From positions 1 to 64,000 of the IMG/VR virus record IMGVR_UViG_3300032282_005530: a DNA stretch of 64,000 nucleotides; one strand, 5' to 3'. Source of the stretch: a virus. Made by a program: the position numbers and the translations under genes. Position 1 is the first letter of the stretch. Every line of letters starts with the position of its first letter. Positions 58,188 to 64,000 of the stretch are shown piece after piece. Below the pieces are notes generated by a model. The model worked only from the letters and a program-made list of their open reading frames with translations. It did no database searches and was not told the DNA's origin.

Positions 58188-58263
58188 TGGTACTCCCGGT
58201 GGGATTCGAACCCACATTTGTACGCTTATAAGGCGCGCGCATTAACCGTAATGCTACAGGAGT
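58188..58263 (-). tRNA. tRNA-Ile(UAU)
   Basis: ACTCCTG/CGGGAGT acceptor; loop CT-TAT-AA; A73; CCA. Confidence 0.9.
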
Positions 58264-58269
58264 AAATAG
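58263..58269 (-). promoter_or_regulatory. Putative late promoter CTATTTA ending on nt 1 of tRNA-Ile
   Basis: Minus strand ACTATTTA-CTCCTG. Confidence 0.5.
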
Positions 58270-58329
58270 TACTTATAACTTGTAAGAGACTTATAAAACT
58301 TCTACCGAGTTACGAGAGCACATGCATGC

Positions 58330-58358
58330 ATCATAGCAGAGATCGCTGGCCGCGTCAA
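58330..58358 (-). promoter_or_regulatory. sigma70-type promoter upstream of tRNA-Ile
   Basis: TTGACG-17 nt-TATGAT with extended -10 TG. Confidence 0.8.
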
Positions 58359-58372
58359 GCACGGCACAACGG

Positions 58373-58618
58373 TCATTTATTTTTTTTATTCTTTTTTGGC
58401 GTTTCTTCTGTTTGAACTAATGCTGGATTTGTTCTTACTTTGACTACAAATGTTTCAACTCCAGCAGCGTTTACAAAACGTTTTACTTTTACCTGTTTTG
58501 TTTCATCGGATAGAAAAGTTTTTCTAAATGTATCCGCTTCTCCGAATGTTGAAAACACTCGCTTATTATCCCATGGTGGTCCATCTTTATGTGGAACTTT
58601 TTCAACTTGTTCTGTCAT
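58373..58618 (-). CDS. Hypothetical basic protein (81 aa)
   Basis: ORF co-oriented. Confidence 0.7.
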   Translation of the reverse strand: MTEQVEKVPHKDGPPWDNKRVFSTFGEADTFRKTFLSDETKQVKVKRFVNAAGVETFVVKVRTNPALVQTEETPKKNKKNK

Positions 58619-58913
58619 TTTTTTTCTCTCTTTCTTTATTAAATTTCTCTAATCTAACTCGATGCTGATGTAACAAAACAATCAAACGATTGGTATTATC
58701 TTGATCGAGATTTACAACATCCCAATTTCCATATTTGCACTTATAGCCAAGTAGATATTTACCTACTGTGACTAGTTTTCCAATAATATTTTTTGGCTGT
58801 ATTAATTGAAAGTGAAAAAATAATTCTGGTGGCCATTCACCATCGCTTTGTTCACTTGTTACGCAAAATGTATGTTCCTTACTGGAACAAGTGCATTCAA
58901 AATAATCATTCAT
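58602..58913 (-). CDS. Hypothetical protein
   Basis: Start re-called at ATG 58913 (ATGA overlap); YFECTCSSKEH. Confidence 0.7.
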   Translation of the reverse strand: MNDYFECTCSSKEHTFCVTSEQSDGEWPPELFFHFQLIQPKNIIGKLVTVGKYLLGYKCKYGNWDVVNLDQDNTNRLIVLLHQHRVRLEKFNKEREKKNDRTS

Positions 58914-59155
58914 ACCGGTTGGACCCATTTTTCTAAAAATAATTCTTCTTCGGTACAATTATCATGAAAACCAATCCATATTTGTTGGTGAGAGCTAATA
59001 AATTTAAATATATCATTAAACTCACCACTAATAAGATATACTCTACCGGTTATTCCATTTTCGACTGTATATTTTCCACAATCTTTTTCTACGAGAAGTG
59101 GAGGAAGAACAGGTTTTGTGAACTTGTCCATAAAAACAAACATACTGTAATGCAT
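58910..59155 (-). CDS. Hypothetical protein (81 aa)
   Basis: ORF co-oriented, coupled downstream. Confidence 0.65.
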   Translation of the reverse strand: MHYSMFVFMDKFTKPVLPPLLVEKDCGKYTVENGITGRVYLISGEFNDIFKFISSHQQIWIGFHDNCTEEELFLEKWVQPV

Positions 59156-59167
59156 TTTATTCTCTTT

Positions 59168-59761
59168 TCAGAAACATGTCTCTAAAAACAATTTTAACAT
59201 TTTTTTTGAAGGTTTTAAAGTTCTTGTGAATGTTTTTGGCATATTAGAAAATATTTTATTTGTTCTAGATGGTGCAGTTTTAAACCATTTTCTTTTTATT
59301 TTGGCTGCTTCATATCCAAGAACATAACTATTTGCTTTCTGAATATAAAGTTTCTCATCTTTATATAATTTATATTCTTTTATAAATTTTAAAGCTCTCT
59401 TCTCGCAATCCAATTCACATTTTTGTATTAATTCACAAGTTTTTTGTAATTTATTCTTAGAAAGTTCTATTTTTCCTTCAAGCCATTCATCAAAATCAAC
59501 ATAAGCATCAGAAGTAGCTTTATCTAAAAATTTATTTTCTTTCCATTGACAAAAATGACTATATTCATGTGCTAATACGGTAAGCCATTCATCACAATAA
59601 ATAGCAACATTTAATCGTCGCTCATCGTCACTCCAATAACCAGAAACACCTATCTTTTTTGAGAGTTTTATTTCTTGTTTTGGATGAAAGACTATTTCAA
59701 CCCCATGTCTTAAACAGTCTTCTTGAACCAATTCTAAGAACTTCAGGATTGAATTTTTCAT
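59168..59761 (-). CDS. HExxH metallopeptidase-like protein (197 aa)
   Basis: VLAHEYSHFCQW...ELDCEKRA; CTAGTTA motif variant just upstream, possibly leaderless. Confidence 0.65.
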   Translation of the reverse strand: MKNSILKFLELVQEDCLRHGVEIVFHPKQEIKLSKKIGVSGYWSDDERRLNVAIYCDEWLTVLAHEYSHFCQWKENKFLDKATSDAYVDFDEWLEGKIELSKNKLQKTCELIQKCELDCEKRALKFIKEYKLYKDEKLYIQKANSYVLGYEAAKIKRKWFKTAPSRTNKIFSNMPKTFTRTLKPSKKMLKLFLETCF

Positions 59762-59789
59762 ATATTTAACTAGTCATAACGAAAAATTT

Positions 59790-59863
59790 TGGTGGACCGG
59801 GAGAGAATCGAACTCTCAATTCAACGATGCAAACGTCGTGTTATCCCATTTAACTACCAGCCC
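59790..59863 (-). tRNA. tRNA-Ala(UGC)
   Basis: G3:U70 identity pair; CGACG-TT-TGC-AT-CGTTG; CCA. Confidence 0.93.
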
Positions 59864-59866
59864 ATA

Positions 59867-59957
59867 TGGCGGACAGGGTGAGATTCGAACTCACGATAGG
59901 CTATTAACCTACTCCGGGTTAGTAATCCGGTGCCTTCAGCCACTCGGCCACCTGTCC
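59867..59957 (-). tRNA. tRNA-Ser(ACU)
   Basis: GGACAGG acceptor, G73, long variable arm; CCGGA-TT-ACT-AA-CCCGG; CCA. Confidence 0.88.
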
Positions 59958-59964
59958 ATTATAT

Positions 59965-60216
59965 TTACTTAGGTGGAAAAACCACTTTTACCATAACTAA
60001 TTTAAAATCATCTTTACTATCTTTTCCCCAAAGTAAACTATCTACCATTCTACCAAGCCAATTTTTTCTTACAAGAGTTACAGAATAATTTTTCTTTATC
60101 ATATCACCTTGTTCTGGTGTTAAAAATTTTTCTGAAACAAGCGCATCAACAAACCCCTCTTTTACAAGGTTAAAATTGATTGGAAGACTTTCATCATATT
60201 GAACTATTTGTGACAT
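59965..60216 (-). CDS. Hypothetical protein (83 aa)
   Basis: ORF between tRNA genes. Confidence 0.7.
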   Translation of the reverse strand: MSQIVQYDESLPINFNLVKEGFVDALVSEKFLTPEQGDMIKKNYSVTLVRKNWLGRMVDSLLWGKDSKDDFKLVMVKVVFPPK

Positions 60217-60243
60217 ATTTAAATCTCTCTAAAATTAAGTCCG

Positions 60244-60327
60244 ATGTTTAACCCGGATTCGAACCGGGATGCCATAACGGCGCTATAAACTACTTTATAG
60301 TGAGTCTACCAATTCCTCCAGTAAACA
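60244..60327 (-). ncRNA. Aberrant tRNA-Leu-like gene (closed anticodon arm, no CCA)
   Basis: Leu-type D arm GAGGAATTGGTAGACTC, variable arm, perfect T arm CCCGG-TTCGAAT-CCGGG; anticodon arm CTATAAA-GTAG-TTTATAG. Confidence 0.75.
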
Positions 60328-60335
60328 TAAGACAG

Positions 60336-60410
60336 TGGTGACGGGTGCGGGAATCGAACCCGCGATGCCTGGGTGAAAGCCAAGTGTTATAACCGTTTAA
60401 CTAACCCGCC
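60336..60410 (-). tRNA. tRNA-Glu(UUC)
   Basis: CTTGG-CT-TTC-AC-CCAGG; CCA. Confidence 0.93.
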
Positions 60411-61053
60411 TTTTCTTTTTTATAAAACCTACAGCACTTTTATGAATATTAAATTTTTTAGCTATCATACTATAACTATCTTGATCGTTTAAGATTGATA
60501 ATATTTGTTCTTCCGAAAGTTTCGGTTTAAATCTCGTTTTTTTTCCGGATTCAATAAAATTATTTTCATTTTGTTTTTTTCTATATTTTCCACAACAAAT
60601 ACGACTACAAAAGTTTGTTTTTTTTGGTTTTCTTTCAGAGTTATAATTTTTTAAACAATGCATACAATTTAAATTATATTTTGGATTATAAATATCGTAC
60701 AATAAATAAAATTTTGTAGTATGATATTTGTTTTTTACATAATCAAAAATATGTTTTAAATCTTTTTTATATAAAACTTTAATTTTATATCCATTATCAA
60801 TTGCTATTTGAGTTTTTATTTTAACAATTTCTGTTTCATATCCTTTAATTTCTACAATTTCACTCGTATCGGTTAAAATAAAATCTGGATAATATTTTAT
60901 ATTACCATCTGTTAAAAAACCCGGAAACCTACAAAAAGATATATTATTTTCTAAATTATAAATTACCCAGCACAATTCATATGTAGAACCACAATATATA
61001 CCTTTATAATATCCGGTCTTACTGCGACCAGTACCTTTTCTTATTCCGCCCAT
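60397..61053 (-). CDS. PD-(D/E)XK endonuclease with Zn finger and HTH, overlapping tRNA-Glu
   Basis: STYEL...YYPDF...EIKG; CMHC...FCSRIC; SYSMIAKKFNIHKSAV; last 14 nt inside tRNA-Glu. Confidence 0.8.
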   Translation of the reverse strand: MGGIRKGTGRSKTGYYKGIYCGSTYELCWVIYNLENNISFCRFPGFLTDGNIKYYPDFILTDTSEIVEIKGYETEIVKIKTQIAIDNGYKIKVLYKKDLKHIFDYVKNKYHTTKFYLLYDIYNPKYNLNCMHCLKNYNSERKPKKTNFCSRICCGKYRKKQNENNFIESGKKTRFKPKLSEEQILSILNDQDSYSMIAKKFNIHKSAVGFIKKKRRVS

Positions 61054-61115
61054 ATTAAATTTCCTTTAATATAATTAGAATATTCCTAGCCATTAGACAA
61101 TAAAAAATTAAAAAA

Positions 61116-61188
61116 AGCCGATACTCAGACTTGAACTGAGAACCTTCGCGTTACAAGGGCGATGCTCTACCAATTGAGCTATGTCGGC
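61116..61188 (-). tRNA. tRNA-Thr(UGU), CCA not encoded
   Basis: GCCGACA acceptor; TCGCC-CT-TGT-AA-CGCGA; followed by a T run. Confidence 0.88.
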
Positions 61189-61190
61189 AA

Positions 61191-61214
61191 ATTGGCACAC
61201 GAAAGTGTGCCAAT
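61191..61214 (-). terminator. Strong hairpin (terminator or processing signal) just before tRNA-Thr
   Basis: ATTGGCACAC-TTTC-GTGTGCCAAT; only a short U tail. Confidence 0.5.
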
Positions 61215-61217
61215 ATA

Positions 61218-61496
61218 TCACTTTTTACGTAGACGAGTAACCGCTACAGCAAGAAGTCCTACAACCAATACTAAAACTGCTCCAGTGGCAGGTGTAAGTT
61301 GAAGACCTTCATCATCAGTGTCAGTTACAGCAACTTGTACCCCTTCTACGGTTACAGCTACGTCCGGAACTGCTTCACCTTCACCAGCTACTACTGGTGC
61401 TGCTGCAACGACTTCTTCAGTTTTAGGTGAATCTGTAACTGCTGTAGCTGTATCAGTTGTTTGTGTAGTTGGCGTGTTTGTTGTTTGATTATCCAT
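61218..61496 (-). CDS. Thr/Val/Ala-rich protein with C-terminal membrane anchor
   Basis: AAGGAG SD before ATG 61496; C-terminal hydrophobic helix + RLRKK. Confidence 0.7.
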   Translation of the reverse strand: MDNQTTNTPTTQTTDTATAVTDSPKTEEVVAAAPVVAGEGEAVPDVAVTVEGVQVAVTDTDDEGLQLTPATGAVLVLVVGLLAVAVTRLRKK

Positions 61497-61854
61497 TTGT
61501 TTCTCCTTCAAAATAAGTAACAATATTATATTTTTTGATAGACTGCACGTATTCCATTCTATCAATTCCTAACAGAGCAGCGGCTTCCCGATCTGATCTG
61601 GTGGCAGATGCAGCATACATTAGTAGTGCCGCCTTGGCAACATCTTTGAGACTCTTATAAATTGGTATTCCAAAAAGAGCAGTACCAGATGCTTTAATTG
61701 CTAATTCTAATTTTAAACCTATCAATTCTTCTATTGTTAGTGAATTTAACATTATTTCAAATTGTTCTGATATTTTACCATCGCGTTTTAATTTTTTCGA
61801 CAACGAATAGTGTTCGCGTTTACCTTGAATTTTTCTTTTCTTCTTCCAAGTCAC
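61489..61854 (-). CDS. Fis-like HTH DNA-binding protein
   Basis: LLMYAASATRSDREAAALLGIDRMEYVQSIKKYNI resembles the Fis/NtrC C-terminal HTH. Confidence 0.6.
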   Translation of the reverse strand: MTWKKKRKIQGKREHYSLSKKLKRDGKISEQFEIMLNSLTIEELIGLKLELAIKASGTALFGIPIYKSLKDVAKAALLMYAASATRSDREAAALLGIDRMEYVQSIKKYNIVTYFEGETNG

Positions 61855-62113
61855 TTACTAATCCTAAAAGGGCATAACCCGCTATATCACGATATGGACT
61901 TTCACCAAACGCATCTTTTCTTGTAGCTATGCGAAACAATTTATCAATTATTCGTGTTATTGTTAATAGATCTCTATAGTTTTCTGGTTTAACACCGTTA
62001 GGAAATAAAATTTTTATTATCTCTTCACTTTTCGAAAAACTATCGCCATAAGCTTCTTGTTTTTCTTTTACAAGTTTACCTATTTCAGTAGCAGTTTTTA
62101 TATAGTCTCTCAT
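61820..62113 (-). CDS. DUF1599-like nucleotide-modification-associated protein
   Basis: EKQEAYGDSF...DKLFRI...YRDIAGYALL. Confidence 0.55.
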   Translation of the reverse strand: MRDYIKTATEIGKLVKEKQEAYGDSFSKSEEIIKILFPNGVKPENYRDLLTITRIIDKLFRIATRKDAFGESPYRDIAGYALLGLVSDLEEEKKNSR

Positions 62114-62119
62114 GCCAAT

Positions 62120-62148
62120 AAATTAGCACATGTTTAGAAACATGTAAA
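62120..62148 (-). promoter_or_regulatory. Possible sigma70-type promoter overlapped by a palindrome
   Basis: TTTACA-17 nt-TAATTT with TG; ACATGTTT-AG-AAACATGT at 62128-62145. Confidence 0.4.
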
Positions 62149-62150
62149 GA

Positions 62151-64000
62151 CTATCTACGTTTTCTTCTTTCCATGACTGGATTTGGAGAAGCCGGCGGTG
62201 GTTGTTCTAAATTAGAAGATGGCATTTGAGAAGTTGTATTTCCTTCTGGAGAGTTTGAATCAAGTTTTTGTTTTTCTTTTTCATAAGAAGGGGTTGTTGG
62301 CTCTTCTGGAGTTTTTGCCATATCATCTTCGAAAATATCCATATGTAACAATTCATTTGTTAAAAGATATTCAGAAAAAGCATCTTTGTCGCGCTGATCT
62401 GATAAAACATCATAAGCATCTTTTATTTGTTTTTTAATTTTATTAAACGTTCTTTGAGACATATCACGACCAGTTGTATCAAGGCCATCATCTACTTCTG
62501 GTTCTGGTTTTAATTCTGTTTTATCAGAAACTTTTGGTTCGTTTTTCTTTGCAAAAGGATCAATAAATCTTGGATCTGATTTTGCTGCTTGGCGAGCTTG
62601 ACTTAATTCCGCTTCGTCTTCTTGTTCCTTTAATTCAACATCAACAGAGACTTTTTCTTCTGGTGTTTCTGTTGCAGTAATTAAATTTTTTGTTGCTTTA
62701 ACAAGATTTGCTCTGAATGAATCACGTTGTTCTTTACTGGTTGTTAATTGCTTATAACTATTTTCTATTGTTGGAACAATTTTTTTAAGAAGATCTCTAA
62801 GAACATTGATCCCGGTTATAGGATGTGGTGGTTCTTCATCTTTTTCCTGCAAGAGTTTTCTTATAACTAATCGTAATTGTTTTTCTTCTTGAAGAATTTT
62901 TTCTTCACGCTCTTTCATTTTACGTTTTAATGCTTCACGTACTACTTTGCGTAATTTAATTTCTTCAATAAATTCTTTTCTGTTTACCATGAATTGTTCC
63001 TCTTGCATAATTAGCACTTTAATGCGTTCTTTTCTGGATGGTTCATCATCTCTTTTTTGAACAGAAATTCCAAGACGAGCATTATTATCACCACCGTAAT
63101 TAACATTAACTTCATCAACTTCTTCTGTTTCTTCTAAATGATCTTGATTTACGTGCCCAGCAACTCCACCGCCGCTCATAGCCATTTCTTCTAGATCTTG
63201 TTCTTCTTTAATAGATTTAAAATATTCAACTTGACGAAGACGATTTTTTGCACCAGCACGACTATTATAGCAACCTAATTTTTTCTTTTTTCCTTCTTTG
63301 GTTTTCTTTTTCGAAAAGACACACCATTTATTTCCAGATTTTCTTATAATTTCATTTAACAAAGAAGGGGACAAAGGTTCCAGAACTTTTTTTTTGTTGT
63401 CTTCAAGAATTTCAATTCTGGAACGGATCAAATTCATTAATCTGATGCCTTCTTCCAGTTCAAGACGACCAGCAAAGTTCTTCATAAACGTTTCTACGTC
63501 GCCATCAATAGCGGCTTGACGCGCTTTACTGGCTGAAACTGACTGAACACCTTCGCCTTCATCAAGTCTTTCACCGGCAGAAACTATTTCAATAGATTTA
63601 AAATTATAATCTTTATTATACTTATTTAATACTTCAAACTGTTCTTTTCTATCAGAACCAACAATTACTTTTAAATTCTTGTAACCTTGTTCTGATAGAT
63701 ATTTGGCAGTATCAAATATAGTATTAATATTAGTATTATTTAATATATTACTGTTATATTCAGGGAAGATTTTACTAAGATAAGAGATCTTTTCCTGGAT
63801 TGTTAAGGGATTTTTTTGTTTGTCTGTTGTTTTTGTTGGAACAATAAAGAAATCAGCTTTATTTTGTTTTGCTAGATCTGAAGCGACTTTAAATACAATT
63901 TCATGACCGATCGTTGGTGGATTAAATCTACCAAATGAAATGATTGCTGTCTTATTTTCAGACAGTTTATTTAATGGAGGTATTGTACCACGTGAATATT
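62151..64000 (-). CDS. Cytidyltransferase-like (nucleotidyltransferase) multidomain protein; 5' end beyond window
   Basis: Frame of the track ORF 62151..63485 reads open to 63998: FGRFNPPTIGH...KNPL...VGSDR...SAGER...VSASKAR. Confidence 0.85.
   Translation of the reverse strand, partial: YSRGTIPPLNKLSENKTAIISFGRFNPPTIGHEIVFKVASDLAKQNKADFFIVPTKTTDKQKNPLTIQEKISYLSKIFPEYNSNILNNTNINTIFDTAKYLSEQGYKNLKVIVGSDRKEQFEVLNKYNKDYNFKSIEIVSAGERLDEGEGVQSVSASKARQAAIDGDVETFMKNFAGRLELEEGIRLMNLIRSRIEILEDNKKKVLEPLSPSLLNEIIRKSGNKWCVFSKKKTKEGKKKKLGCYNSRAGAKNRLRQVEYFKSIKEEQDLEEMAMSGGGVAGHVNQDHLEETEEVDEVNVNYGGDNNARLGISVQKRDDEPSRKERIKVLIMQEEQFMVNRKEFIEEIKLRKVVREALKRKMKEREEKILQEEKQLRLVIRKLLQEKDEEPPHPITGINVLRDLLKKIVPTIENSYKQLTTSKEQRDSFRANLVKATKNLITATETPEEKVSVDVELKEQEDEAELSQARQAAKSDPRFIDPFAKKNEPKVSDKTELKPEPEVDDGLDTTGRDMSQRTFNKIKKQIKDAYDVLSDQRDKDAFSEYLLTNELLHMDIFEDDMAKTPEEPTTPSYEKEKQKLDSNSPEGNTTSQMPSSNLEQPPPASPNPVMERRKRR

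Noticed and set aside
58270-58300. TTATAAG copies in the tRNA-Ile leader matching its anticodon loop
   Set aside because: Short AT-rich matches; too weak to claim T-box-like sensing.
59790-59863. tRNA-Cys(GCA) reading
   Set aside because: Loop register gives TGC, and G3:U70 with A73 indicates Ala.
59867-59957. Amber suppressor (CUA) reading of tRNA-Ser, implying stop-codon recoding
   Set aside because: Stem symmetry centres the loop on ACT; long ORFs are intact in the standard code and TAG serves as a stop at 62151.
57644-61188. Group I intron or split tRNA around the endonucleases
   Set aside because: Flanking tRNAs are complete cloverleaves and there is no room for a ribozyme core.
142-63519. 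Plus-strand ORFs of the track other than 53200..53952, and short nested minus-strand ORFs (e.g. 10771..10956, 17385..17567, 47967..48173, 49881..50165, 53133..53399)
   Set aside because: Shadows of longer genes with recognisable motifs; no SD or family motifs seen.

Overview
AT-rich (visually ~25-30% GC), gene-dense segment of a large tailed phage, probably a jumbo myovirus, in the standard genetic code. All credible genes except one (a trypsin-like protease, 53200..53952) are on the minus strand. Going up the coordinates: (i) 1-37 kb tail fibre/baseplate block with gp25-like and gp6-like wedge proteins, LamG and FG-GAP giant proteins, a spike-like protein and a C39-like peptidase; (ii) 37-39 kb gp55-like late sigma factor and small genes; (iii) 39-49 kb glycosylation cluster (Gmd, a ColD-type dehydratase, an Fcl/ColC-type reductase, FkbM, GT10, GT11, three GT2, two GT4), predicted to make GDP-colitose or GDP-fucose glycans; (iv) 49-54 kb Cas4-like nuclease, HNH endonuclease, PIN-PhoH; (v) 54-61 kb array of 9 tRNAs plus one aberrant tRNA-like gene, interleaved with a SPOUT methylase, dCMP deaminase, YkuK-like protein and two endonucleases; (vi) Fis-like HTH protein and a cytidyltransferase-like fusion running off the end. 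Best candidate for an undescribed system: endonuclease genes wired into tRNA genes. An HNH ORF has its Shine-Dalgarno-like GGGAG in the acceptor stem of tRNA-Ile(UAU) and its stop codon inside tRNA-Asn, and a putative late promoter motif (CTATTTA) sits where its transcript would lack the sequestering 5' acceptor strand. A second, unrelated nuclease ends inside tRNA-Glu. All family calls are by-eye motif recognition; no database searches were run.
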